A DNA stretch of 63,234 bases, filler included, from Octopus bimaculoides (taxonomy: Eukaryota): NCBI RefSeq assembly GCF_001194135.2. It is 4 parts of 4 records of this genome, joined end to end, with 100 filler letters (N's around TTAATTAATTAA, not from the genome) between each part and the next. Parts side by side here need not be neighbours in the genome. Positions count along the whole stretch, not along the records: positions 1 to 17,543 come from NC_068983.1; 3 more parts are not named here. The stretch is one strand, 5' to 3'. Positions 1 to 12,572 of this stretch are shown here, one piece after another (position 1 is the first letter of the stretch; each line of letters begins with the position of its first letter). The position numbers and the translations under genes are program-made. The notes below the pieces were generated by a model. It did no database searches. It was not told the DNA's origin and saw only the letters and a program-made list of their open reading frames with translations.

Positions 1-42
<42 letters not shown>

Positions 43-944
43 TACATACATGTATATATATTCACTTATGCGTGCTCACATACAAACCGATGTACAGAAG
101 AACAAACATATGTAGATTCATACATAAATAGTTTTATAAACAATATACAATAGCATTAAAAACAGACCGTCCTGGAGTAAACAGAGAATTCCTCTGTTAC
201 TGAATACATGCATATACATCAACTCAAGGAGTATTGGTGAAACACACCTCTCATAACATCTGTCAAGTGTAAATGTAATAGATTGGTCATTGTTCTTTGG
301 GAGAGACAAAGTAAAGTATGTATCGTCATATTGTTCGGCTGCTCTATTGATATGAACATCTCTTTGAAAAATTAATGTAGTGCCATTGTAAACCTCTAGA
401 TAAATCATACACTTTTTGTATGTACTTCAGACTAGTGGATACGATTTTGTTTCGGAAGTGAAAAGTCATTGATATCTATGGTGAAATACGTAGCTGTCGC
501 TTTCGTGATCATTTCTGGGGCTATGTCGTTTTACCTAGTTCTGACATATACCGTCTTTTTAACACTATACGTTTGGAAGGAATTTTTCCGTGACGAAAAT
601 CCACAGCTTCTAACCTGTAAACAACACATACGTTACGTCTGTTCTATTCCTAATATATATTTTTAATTATAGAACCGATTCCATTTCATAATTCGAATAT
701 ATGTATAAATATGTCTATATAGTATGTATGCATGTATGTATACATATGCACATATGTATTATCAAATAATTGTATGTGTGTGTGTGCATGTTCTGATACA
801 CGCATATCTGTGTATGTGTTTATATTTTGATATACATTTGCGTGTATGTGTTGTGTACAGCTGTATGGGTTTCATAATAGTATCTGTGTGTATAAGTGTG
901 TCAGTAATTTTTATATTTAAATACTTCCAAGTTTCTCTCCTACC

Positions 945-979
<35 letters not shown>

Positions 980-980
980 A

Positions 981-1014
<34 letters not shown>

Positions 1015-1389
1015 CGCTTTCTCTTTCCCTCTCTGTTCGTCTTTCCGACACTCTCTTATGGTCACTCTCAATCATTCTCATTATTTTGTTTTATAATTTC
1101 CAAGTATTTGTCTCTAGATTTCGCTTTGACTACTTCTTATGCATATGCATGTATAGACATATGTGCATAAGCAAGTGCGTGTGCACACACATATCTCTCA
1201 ATCTTCCGAAAGAAATGCTTATTTCACTAACTATTCCGTCCACACACTGTTTCTTTTATGACTACTACCCCTTGACATATTCCACTGGTGATCCCTCGTT
1301 ACCTTTCCTTTTTTTCTGCCTCATCCCACACCAACTTATCAGATCCTGCATCACGCCAAGATTAAGTTGCTGACGATAGAGAGGAGGGG

Positions 1390-1880
1390 GCGATGAACCA
1401 TACCACTCAGAACAAACGGTGTGCTCCACTCCTACACACGATAATGATCATGATGGCGTTGCTGCGGAGCATGGCCAGAGTCCTGGTCCACATCTGGTTC
1501 GGCCACACCGTGGAGTATATCGCCGATGAGGTGGCTTTGGCGCAGACCGAAGAAAGATAGGTCAGTAGAGCCAGGTCCAATGTAGAATGGAAACCAAGGC
1601 CACCGAATCTAACAGACAGCACAGCATGTTGTAGCACGTTGTCAAAACTGACATTGCAGATCACTTCAGCACAACGCTATGTGGTGTTACCGAAACCACT
1701 GGATGACTTGGCGCACTGCGAAGCGGGAAAAGATGATTAGGCAGAGTAAAGCAATATTTCAAAAAGAAAAGCGCCATGTGCGTGACAGTGAGGGGCAACT
1801 TCTCGGTCACCCAGTCAAGTCTACCAGCCTGGTCTTCGGCCACTCATTTATGGCTTTCGGCCCCTCATCTTCTTGAGGAA
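1390..1880 (-). mobile_element. Degenerate non-LTR retrotransposon fragment, CRE/R2-like (post-RT region)
   Basis: Frameshifted translation ..ALFFLKYCFTLPNHLFPLRSAP.. / ..AVLSVRFGGLGFHSTLDLALLTYLSSV resembles the LPVRxGGLG..AFLAS motif of CRE-clade elements. Confidence 0.65.
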
Positions 1881-2043
1881 TCAAGAATGCGGACAGCTGA
1901 GTATGAGACGTTCTAAACATTTTACATAGCTCACATTTATCACCTCAGATGTGGCCAAGTTGATTTCAAGCCCGGGAAGCTTTAAAACTAGGATAATCTG
2001 CTCAAGGTCCCTACCAACGAATTTGATTCTCCTTAATTTATTT

Positions 2044-2077
<34 letters not shown>

Positions 2078-2448
2078 TATTTATTCATCAATTTAAGTAT
2101 TTTTATATTTATTTATTTTTTATGTATCTTTATATCTATTTATTCATTCATTTTGGTGTGTATACTTTTGTATGCATCTGTATTCATCATTTATCCATGT
2201 GTTTATTAATATACTTTTCATTTTTATTTGCTTGTTTTTCTTAACGTTATTATTTCTCTTTTGTTGTAGTTTATTTTTAATCCGTAGCTCACTTGTTAGT
2301 ATCCACCCAATAGGTCAGCATGACCCGGAAATTTCTCTATTTCATATTTCAAAACAATTTGTTTAATTGCATTTTAGTCGGACGAGACAGCTGACACCAC
2401 CCAATTACAATATATGACATAATTATTCCCACATGAACAATGTATAAT

Positions 2449-2485
<37 letters not shown>

Positions 2486-2980
2486 NNNNNNNNNNNNNNN
2501 NNNNNNNNNNNNNNNNNNNNNNNNNNNNNNNNNNNNNNNNNNNNNNNNNNNNNNNNNNNNNNNNNNNNNNNNNNNNNNNNNNNNNNNNNNNNNNNNNNNN
2601 NNNNNNNNNNNNNNNNNNNNNNNNNNNNNNNNNNNNNNNNNNNNNNNNNNNNNNNNNNNNNNNNNNNNNNNNNNNNNNNNNNNNNNNNNNNNNNNNNNNN
2701 NNNNNNNNNNNNNNNNNNNNNNNNNNNNNNNNNNNNNNNNNNNNNNNNNNNNNNNNNNNNNNNNNNNNNNNNNNNNNNNNNNNNNNNNNNNNNNNNNNNN
2801 NNNNNNNNNNNNNNNNNNNNNNNNNNNNNNNNNNNNNNNNNNNNNNNNNNNNNNNNNNNNNNNNNNNNNNNNNNNNNNNNNNNNNNNNNNNNNNNNNNNN
2901 NNNNNNNNNNNNNNNNNNNNNNNNNNNNNNNNNNNNNNNNNNNNNNNNNNNNNNNNNNNNNNNNNNNNNNNTATATATAG

Positions 2981-3151
2981 ATAAATACGACGGGCTTCTT
3001 TCAGTTTCCATCTACCAAATCCATTAACAAGGCTTTGGTCGATCCGAGGCTATAGTAGAAGGCACCTGCCCAAGGTGCCACACAGTGGGTCTGAACCCGG
3101 AGCCATTTAGTTGGTAAACAAGCTACTTACCACACAGGCACTCCTGCGCTT
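2981..3151 (-). mobile_element. SINE family B 5' half (tRNA-like head plus CORE-like CACCTTGGGCAAG segment; possibly related to octopus OR-type SINEs)
   Basis: GTGTGGTAAGTAGCTTG..GGGTTCAG..GGCACCTTGGGCAGGTG..ACTATAGCCTCGG..GAAACTGAAAGAAGCCCGTCGTA; runs into (TA)n and a gap. Confidence 0.82.
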
Positions 3152-3224
3152 GGAAAAAGAATGTATATACAGATAGACAGAGAGAATGAGAGAGATATAG
3201 GCAGAGGGAGAGAGAGAGCATGTA

Positions 3225-3520
3225 CTCTCCCGTCGTTAGACGATATATGAGGGTTCGGCAATCTCTTGCCGAACAACCACACAGAATATTTGACTATAGT
3301 GATCAAATGTTTGTTTTCACAGAAGCTCATTAACTCTATTAAACCGATCGATATTATCTGTACAGGTGCACCATGCACTACATGTCAGATGACGAAATGA
3401 TCGCAGAGGAGAGTGAAATTAAGTGCTTTTCTTAAGGACACAACGCAACGCCCGGTCTGGGAATCGAACCCACGATCTCACAATCGTGAGTGCTGCACCC
3501 TAACCACTAAGCCATGCGCC

Positions 3521-3523
<3 letters not shown>
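3225..3523 (-). mobile_element. tRNA-derived SINE family C
   Basis: Head GGCGCATGGCTTAGTGGTTAGG..GGGTTCGATTCCC (A and B boxes), then GTGTCCTTAAGAAAAGCACTT; second diverged copy at about 10390-10560 (-), head fragment at 40001-40025. Confidence 0.7.
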
Positions 3524-3557
<34 letters not shown>

Positions 3558-3575
3558 CTGTGTATGTGTGAGTAT

Positions 3576-3612
<37 letters not shown>

Positions 3613-3756
3613 CGTGTGCGTGTTTGAATGTATTCATCCTTTCGGATTATTATTATTATTACTACTACTTCTTCCTCTACTACTACTACTACTACTACTA
3701 CTAGTAGTAGTAGTAGTACTACTACTACTACTACCACCACCACCACCACCACCACG

Positions 3757-3817
<61 letters not shown>
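3523..3817. repeat. Compound microsatellite (CA)n/(TG)n then (TAT)(TAC)(TAG)(CAC)n
   Basis: Directly visible. Confidence 0.95.
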
Positions 3818-3819
3818 TT

Positions 3820-4010
3820 GAGCTGACAGAATCGTTACCATGCCAGGCAAAATGCTTAGCGGCACTTCGTCCGTCTTTACGATCGGAGTTCATAATCCGA
3901 CGAGGTCGACGTTGCCTTCCATTCTTTTCAGGGTCGATGAAATATGTACCAGTTAAACACTGGAGTCGATGTAATCGACTAGCCACCTGCCCCAAAATTT
4001 CAGACCTTGT
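3820..4010 (+). mobile_element. tRNA-derived SINE family A
   Basis: Head GAGCTGGCAGAATCGTTAG..GAGTTCAAATTCCGCC (A/B boxes) plus conserved body GTCGACTTTGCCTTTCATCCTTTCGGGGTCGATAAA..GTACCAG; many copies in this window. Confidence 0.85.
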
Positions 4011-4419
4011 CATTGTCATCATCATCATTAAGATCCATGCTTAGTGCCTGATGATCGCCTTGAATTATTGAAATATTGGAATCCAATGAACCCAGCTTAT
4101 TGTTCACAACAGATAGGCCATAATGTCTAAAACAACGTCATGGACAACAAGAATAACTGTTTCTAGCGTAGACAGAAGATCAGAGATTGTAACAGAGTCG
4201 TCAACTGTCACGTCCAGGTTTAGTGCGGGTATAGTATGAGTGAAGAGTGGGCGTATCGTCGCCGTAGAATGGGCTACGCTGCCTTGTTTGAAGGCATACT
4301 GCTTCCAGCCCATTTCCTTAAGGGTAACACATCTTCAGAATTTTTATGCGTTTCTCCATCCCATCAATATGGTCTCTATATGAGGTCTTCAAAACCACAC
4401 CCTACGCTACGCAATTATT

Positions 4420-5195
4420 AATCATCGACTCCAGTGTTTCAGTGGTGTTTTATTTTGTCGAGAATGAATGGGTAAAAGCCAAAGTCGAACCTCGAGGAAA
4501 TTTGAACTACGAACAAAAATAGTTCCGGCTAAATGACGCAAGGCATTTAGTCCGATGTTTTCTAACGAGTCTAGAAATCCACTGACCTAACTAACACCAC
4601 TACCACCACCACCACCGCCACCACCACCACTACCACTATCAACAAAAGTAATGGTTTCTAACGTGAGCACATGGCCAGTAGTTTTGAGAAATGGGGTTAA
4701 TTGATGACGTAGACCCCATAATTGAACCAGTAGATTATTTTACTGACTCAGGAGGAATAAAAGCAAAATTGACCTGCGTGGGTTTTGAACTCATAATGCA
4801 AAGAGCTGAAAGTAACTTCGTATAGCATTTCGACTGACGATCTAATGGTTCTGCCAATCTACCGCTTTCATGTAAGTAGCAGTTGAGCACTGGGATTGAT
4901 GCAATCGGCTTACGCCCTCAACTGATATTGCCGGCCTTGTGCGAAAATCTGAAACCAAACATCGAAGTATTTATCGCGATTTGGAAATTGAGGCTAATGA
5001 AGGATAAAAAGATTCTGGCTATGTCCATATAGATTGCATCGATTCCAGTGCTCGGTTGCTACTGATGTTATAGACCCCGAAAGAATGAAAGGCAAAGTTG
5101 ACCTTGGCGGAATGTGAACTCAGAACGTAAAGACGGACGAAATGCCGGTAAGCATTGTGTGCTGTGTGTTAGTGATTCTTCCCGCTCACCGCCTT
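4420..5195 (-). mobile_element. Cluster of old, diverged SINE A copies (about three on the minus strand plus one partial plus-strand copy)
   Basis: Degenerate matches to the family A head and body at about 4420-4590, 4665-4870, 4880-4960 and 5025-5195. Confidence 0.75.
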
Positions 5196-5532
5196 AAATA
5201 CCAGGATATGTCTTTTTTTTATGTTTCAACAGATGTTCGGATCGAATTATTCTCCTCCTCATAACTTCTTCAGGAGTGAAGCAAGGCTTGAGAATCCTCT
5301 GTGAAAGTAAACATCTTTAAAGCAATCATAATTAAACAGAGACTAACTTTACTAAGACGGACTAGTCGATAGACGTGTACTGTCTTCACATTCATATTTA
5401 AACGAAATTATATTGAATTCCGACGGCATTTGTCAGCTCTTCTCCTGAGTCCTAATATCTACTGGCTGAACTTCAACTTTCATCACGCTCATGCTTAATT
5501 TTCTGACCGTACTACATACATACATACATACA

Positions 5533-5564
<32 letters not shown>

Positions 5565-5731
5565 CTTGTCTACATACATAGACACACGCCCACGCACGCA
5601 CACACACACGCACGCATACACACACATACACGCACACACATATATACGCTACTATATAAAGAAAGAAATATTATGAGTAGACAATACGGAATAAATGCAA
5701 GTGTATATATATATATATATATACTGTATAC

Positions 5732-5762
<31 letters not shown>

Positions 5763-6606
5763 TGTATGTATGTATTTATATATATATATAATTATATGTA
5801 TATATATATATATATTATATATATGATATGTATGATATGTGTGTGTGTGTGTGTGCGTGTGTGTGTGTATACATGTATATGATCCATAAGTATGTGTATA
5901 CAACTACATACATCTATACGCACAAACATACAACCACAAATACATATTTAACTATACACATATATGTCTAGAGAATTCATAAGTTAATACATAAAGAGTA
6001 TGGAACTAAAAAAATTTTTCCATCCGGCAGTTTTTACTTTTCGTTTGCCGAGCCAAAATCTTTCAATAGAAAGTTACGTTTGAACCAGTTTGATGGTTGC
6101 AAAGCGGATGTTTACTTATGGAAACATATTGCACTCATATGTGATATTCATGACCAGTCAATGCTCTTAATAACACTGAGGTGAGGATATTTATTGAGCG
6201 CAAGAAAATAACAGAATAAAAAAAATTTAGGAAGTATCTGGGTGTTGAGCGCTCCAAGCCATATGGCCGAACTGTTAAGCCATATGGCCGAACCGACTCT
6301 CAGTGAAGGAGTCGAATTGTCCAAGTTCGAACTGGTTCGGAAATAAGTGTCAGCAAAATGCTGCCTCACTGACCTGCTTCACCAGTGATGTTTTCATTGT
6401 TATCGATTTTTGGAACCAAGGTCAACCATAATCTAATAGATATGCAATGAACAGTGATCCAGCGATGACTATCCCTTCTCTTTATTTCTTCTGGAATAAT
6501 GTATCTAGGATTACATTGTCCAGTGTGTACTTACTATATGTATTTTGGGCTACATCATCAAATGCATCGTTCAGGCGTAGTAGTATAACTGCAGCTACAT
6601 GATAAT

Positions 6607-6887
6607 GCGACGAGCTGGCAGAAACGTTAGCACGCCGGGCAAAATGCTTAGCGGTATTTCGTCTGCCGTTACGTTCTGAGTTCAAATTCCGCCGAGGTCG
6701 ACTTTGCCTTTCATCCTTTCCGGGTCGATAAATTAAGTACCAGTTACATACTGGGGTCAATATAGCCGACTTAATCCCTTTGTCTGTCCTTGTTTGTTCC
6801 TTCTATGTTTAGCCCCTTGTGGGCAATAAAGAAATAAGAAACGTTAGCACGCCGGGCGAAATGCTTAGCGGTATTTCGTCTGTCTTT
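6607..6887 (+). mobile_element. SINE A (long-tail variant) followed by a truncated second monomer
   Basis: Near-consensus copy; tail ..GTGGGCAATAAAGAAATAAGAA joins ACGTTAGCACGCCGGGCG at 6840/6841. Confidence 0.88.
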
Positions 6888-7261
6888 AAAAATAAAAATT
6901 CATTGGCCTTTCAACATTGATATCAACAGTTAACATGCATTCAATGATACCTCTATTCTTTCAATTATTTTCATTGTTGCATTTTATCACATTAAGTTAT
7001 AATTTGAAACAAGAAAAAAGCCTTATTGAATTCATATATGGACCGGCAAAGAAGAGAAAATATAACTGAATAGAAAAAGAGAGAACGAAAAATGAACTTG
7101 TGGGAAGTAGACCACTGCTTTAAAGTTTGTGTATGCGTGTGTGTGTGTGTGTGTGTGTGTGNNNNNNNNNNNNNNNNNNNNNNNNNNNNNNNNNNNNNNN
7201 NNNNNNNNNNNNNNNNNNNNNNNNNNNNNNNNNNNNNNNNNNNNNNNNNNTCTCTCTCTCA

Positions 7262-7314
<53 letters not shown>

Positions 7315-7541
7315 TGCAATGTATGTGTTATAACACAAAACCCACTTTTAAGTGAAGTTAAGTATTACCTTTTTGTATTAACACTGCTTATATCGCTATT
7401 AATGATGTGTGTGTGCGTGCGCGTGTAGGTATGCATGTATGATCCAAAATTGTTCAAAAAACAACTGTCAAAAGACCGGGACAGGTGAGGGAAGAACGAA
7501 CAAATTGTATTAGTTTGGCACGCAAAGAAAAATGGAAGAGA

Positions 7542-7577
7542 CCTTGACGTTTCGAGCCTATGTTCTTCTTCAGAAAG
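7542..7577 (-). ncRNA. Minimal type I hammerhead ribozyme motif (Penelope-type)
   Basis: Minus strand CTTT-CTGAAGA-A-GAAC-ATAG-GCTC-GAAA-CG-TC-AAGG: CUGANGA core, stem II with one mismatch, GAAA, palindromic ACGT stem III, UC cleavage site, 4-bp stem I. Confidence 0.65.
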
Positions 7578-7919
7578 AATGAAAAGAAGAAAGTTGTCGG
7601 GGTTAGGAAATAAAGAAACAGAGAGAAAAACGTAATATATATATTATGTGTGAGTGTGTGTGTCTGCTTTTTCATTTGGAGAAGTGGCCAGACTCTTCTG
7701 TTTCAAACGAGGTAGGTGTTGGAGATTTGTGGACGTTTGAGTCAGTTGAAGTGTGTATTCATGTATGTTTGTGCTCAAGGATAACTTGTATTTGTCTGAC
7801 ATATCCGTTTCACTTTAGCATACAAGTGTCTCTGTTTCACACGTTCTACATTTCACTGTAGCGTACAAGTGTTTGTTCTTCGCTTTTATATGTGCATGTG
7901 TACGTGTGTGTGTATGTTC

Positions 7920-7962
<43 letters not shown>

Positions 7963-8369
7963 TCAAGAACTCCATACGCATATGTGAATGGGTGCATATG
8001 TCTAGCTCAGGAAATTCGCAGAGTGAGTGTCTCTGGAGCATTTGCCATGTTTTCATCTGTTTAGGATGGGAAATTCACATGGTGATTCTTTGGAATGTTC
8101 TGCGGGATTTAACTGTACCACTGATTGATTATATTTGAAGAATATGGATTAAGTTGATTTCTGAAACAGACTATTTCAAACGTCTCCATAGTTGTCTCTT
8201 TGATGCCTTTTTTAAAACTGTATTAATTGAAGAAACAATTATCAAGACAAGCGAATTAAATTCCAGTACATATTGATTTCGATCATCTCAAACAATTTCT
8301 ACAATGTTTTGTCAAGAAAAAACCCAAAATAAACGGAGTTTAGATACAAATTCTATTCTGTATTAAATC

Positions 8370-8572
8370 TTGGCACAAGGCCAGTAATTTCAGTGGAGGG
8401 TGTAAGTCGATTAAATCGACCCCAGTGTTCAACTTGTATTTATATTATCGACCCCGAAAAGATGAAAGACAAAGTCGGACCTGAGCGGAATTTGAACGCA
8501 GAATGTAATGACGGCCGAAATGTCTCTAAGTATTTTACCCACTATCCCAACGATTCTGCCAGCTGGCTGCCT
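8370..8572 (-). mobile_element. SINE A
   Basis: Reverse-complement match to the family A head, body and tail. Confidence 0.8.
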
Positions 8573-9592
8573 TTTTGTATTGAAGTGATAATTCTTTATA
8601 GCGGTTCTACAGCCTCATTTGTATAGTAGAGACAAAAATGAAATCGCAAATGTTTTTTCTAAATCTATTAAAAACTAATGTAGAGAAAATGGTTTCAATT
8701 AGGGCTGCAACAGTATATGGGAAATATTTTTTAGAAACATATATCATGTGGTATCTACCAATTTTATCTGCTAAATGGATTTTCACAACCTACAAACCTT
8801 TCATACAAACCCTTCTTGATAGATTACTTTCAAATATAATTGTCATTCCCTTCACAGATTTACCATAAAATTCAACTTGAGCGTTGCACAACAAATGTTA
8901 AAGTCAAAACATTCGTTCTATAACAGCCAGTTTTAAATATGTTTAAAAAAGCATGATTGAACTTAAATGCGTTTTACATATGCATACAACGACTACTGTA
9001 GCATACCAAATATATTTAAGATTCCATGCTGGGAATAGGAAAATAGGAACGTGAATTTTAATGCAAATCTAACGCTAATCGCTGCTTTAATCTGTTCCAC
9101 TACAGACTGAAGTAGCTGGGTGCGTAGCAATGTCAAGTAGATTACACACTTCTCAATTATGTGTCAACAACTTATATAGAATTAAATATTTGTCAATCCA
9201 TTCTCCATTTCATTGTTAACTTCCATAACTTTCATAACAATTTAGGATTGGTCTATTGTAATCCTATTGTATATATACACTTATACAATCTCCGCCAATT
9301 ATCATAAATGGACGACCAAATGAACAAATTATTCGACCGGCTGCTTATGGGTGGGTCATCATTTGAAATCTGCTGCCGACAGGAGTCTATTTTTCTACTC
9401 CACTTCAGTCTATCTAGACGTCGGCAATGGGTTTAAGATATTTTGAGAATGTTATCTACGATAGGCCGGTATCCTATCCGGTAGGAAGCTTGTCTGTAAA
9501 CTGTTTCATGTTCTTAAACAGCAACTAAGTACTCCAGCTTCGAATCACTCCGGTGTTCTTAAAAGATGTTTGCTCTTTACGCTTCCTCACGC

Positions 9593-9641
<49 letters not shown>

Positions 9642-9974
9642 CACACACAAACAAACAATTCATGCATTTCAGATAAATACGTACATTCACAAATATATAC
9701 AAAGGTGCATATATGTATACATATCCTCCTTTGCATATAAGCAAGTATAATTAGTCTGGAAACAACAAGCTAAATGTGAAACTATATAGGTATTTGTTTT
9801 AAGTATCTGTAGACATCTACATGCTTAACAGTGTGTCTATTTTAATTAGCTTTACCTCTTGATACAGAGAACTATAGCAACAATAACGTTTATTTATCAA
9901 TAAGATATAGTATTGTATACATACATACATACATACATACATACGTACATACATACGTGCATACATACATATAT

Positions 9975-10165
9975 GCAGAATCGTTAGCACGCTGGGCAAA
10001 ATGCTTAGTGGTATTTCGTCCGTCTTTACGTTCAGAGTTCGAATTCCACTGATGTCAACTTTCCCTTTCATCCTTTCGGGGTCGATAAAATAAGTATCAG
10101 TTGAGTAAGGATGTAATCGACTTAACTACTGGCTGAAATTATTCTGATCTGAAGCCCAAATTCAC
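9975..10165 (+). mobile_element. SINE A
   Basis: GCAGAATCGTTAGCACGCTGGGCAAAATGCTTAG..GTCGATAAAATAAGTATCAG. Confidence 0.85.
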
Positions 10166-10612
10166 AGCGTCCACATCAGGTCGTGCTTGGTGGAGAGGAC
10201 ATGCTAGCACCTTCGTTCTGCAGTGGACTGAACATAGACAACCCAATCCACACACACACACACACACGTCGTTTCCACCAAACTGTCTTATATTTTACAG
10301 CGTTGGTCACCATGCGCTTCCTCGCATTGTTGTAACTTTCGAATGATACCACGTCGCTGGTTACGTGGGCAGGCTCACATTCGCTGGAATTGAACGCCAA
10401 TCGGTCACAGATTTACCTATTTACAACGAAGTGGAATGAAGCAACGTGAGATGAAATGTTTTGCTGAAGAACGCAATGCATCACCAGTCTGAGAATTGAG
10501 AATCGAAACTAAGAACTTGTGATTGTAAGAGCAACTTCATAACCACTAAACCACACTCCTTCCAACATAACACACACACTCTCATATCAATATATACGTG
10601 TGTGTATATATA

Positions 10613-11841
10613 CAAGGAAATGCCACAAGTAAATAGACACCCCATTAAACATCGTTTTACGTTTATTCTAGCTTGTAAAGGCTTATATCTTTTATTAATT
10701 GACATTTTCATGCTTCAGGTTCTATATATGCCTGTTTAACCATGTCATGTACAAACGAAGCCTTGGAACTGCCTAAATTTCAAGGAGGTCGTATTGTGGG
10801 TCATTCTTAACGTGGACATAGCCAGTGTAAAATCAGAAAAAAGCTTGGGATCCCGCTTTCTACAGTTAATAGAGTGATTGTGCAATTCAACAGAGACGGG
10901 AAAGAGTCCACATCACCTCGCCCAGGTTGACCAGGGCTCTCTCACAGGACCCTTCTCTGTATTAAGAGAAGTGTGGAAGATAATCCTCGTTGCAAGGCCT
11001 CTGACTTAGCAGAACACGTTAATGTCAGATCCAGAATAGTTGTCAAGTATCTCTACAAACTTGGTCGCTGTGGCAGAGCAGTAAGAATGAAGCCACTTCT
11101 TTGACCAGCCAATATCAAGCGAAGAAATGACTGGGCCAGTGAGATGGTGGAGAGGCCCCTAGCATTTTGGGACCGTCTCATATTCTTCAGTGAGTCCAGA
11201 TTTGCTGTATATTCTGACAGTGGTCGAGTGTGGGTTTGGAGACTCTGTGATCAATGAAACATGGCAACTATTCTGCGATAATCTGGGGTGAGAGGGGGGC
11301 AATTTTGAGCAATGATCAATCAGAGCTCGTGGGTTGCGAGGGAAACATAAACTCAGGTAAATATATATCCATATTGCAGAAAGGACACATTCCAATTTTC
11401 TCCAGGGACGAAATGATTAAAGAAGACTCTTTATTTATGGAAGATGGGGCTTCTTGTCACACAGCTAAAATGACCCAAGACTTGTTGTATGAAAATGACA
11501 TTAAAAAGCTTCCATGGCCAAGCTAGTAACAAGATGTGAATCGTATTGAACACCTCTGGGGCATAATAGACAGAAAGCTTCATAAAAGAACAAGAAAGCA
11601 TCTTCAAAGCCAGCTATTTTGAGATTACTGCATGAAACTTGGCAAACAATTCCTCAAGAGAACATTCATCTGATCATTAACACACCTAATAGGGTCTTTG
11701 CATTGAAACATGCAAGTGGCATGTCTACTAAATATTAAATATTCATGTTATAACAATTAATAAATAATTTGAAAGTAAAATTTCAGATTTAAATAATTTT
11801 AACGATTAGAAGTGTGTCTATTTACTTCTGACATGTCTGTG
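10613..11841 (+). mobile_element. Full-length inactive Tc1-like DNA transposon
   Basis: Transposase pseudo-ORF 10742-11738: [16 protein letters not shown] (HTH), KPLL, W..LIFFSESRF, FMEDGASCHT, WPS..DVNRIEHLW, ending TKY*, with several stops. Imperfect TIRs TACAAGGAAATGCCACAAGTAAATAGACAC vs rc TACACAGACATGTCAGAAGTAAATAGACAC (25/30 including the flanking TA). Confidence 0.92.
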
Positions 11842-11961
11842 TATATATACATACACACACGCGCACGCACGCACACACACGCGGACGCGCGTGCATGAGG
11901 AAAAGGGAAAACTGCTAACTCGGAAGCCTAATATGGAACCCTGTATACCCGCATACACACC

Positions 11962-12000
<39 letters not shown>

Positions 12001-12520
12001 AACAGCTTCACACCCACACACACGCACGTGCGTGTGTATGGGTGAGAGGCTGTTGAGTGCGTGTGTGTGTGGTTGTGTATGCGGGTATATATATGTATAT
12101 GTACATATATGTATAGTTTTTGGCGAGTATTTGGGTGAGCATGTGTGTTTCAAGCGAGGGTGGTTTAGTATATACATCTAGGCGAATGTACGGATTGGAA
12201 CGATTACGCGAACACTATAGACTTTTCTACTCCCTTACCTTTACCCCCTCCTCTTACTTAGCGGTCTATGAGCTCTTTTGTCTTAATAACGGTCAACCAC
12301 ACAGTAATTTCCCTTTGGTTAACGGTCATTTTACACAAGAATTTTCAATGGCCGGATAACTAAAGTGATGTTGGCGTGGGGTCCCACCCCGGCATCCAAA
12401 ACTCGGAGTTTTATCATGGCTACCGAATAAGTGTCACATATTTTTACAGATAAATTCCTCTATTTACATAATATAGAGGTCACTTTCTTTCTTTTGTTGT
12501 CCTTTCTATCAATATGTATA

Positions 12521-12572
<52 letters not shown>

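Noticed and set aside
3440-3523. tRNA-like A/B-box sequences at SINE heads (families A, B and C)
   Set aside because: No valid cloverleaf or anticodon; each continues into a repeat body
6256-6293. Tandem duplication of AAGCCATATGGCCGAAC (period 21) containing a palindrome
   Set aside because: Two copies only; consistent with simple slippage inside an unclassified repeat
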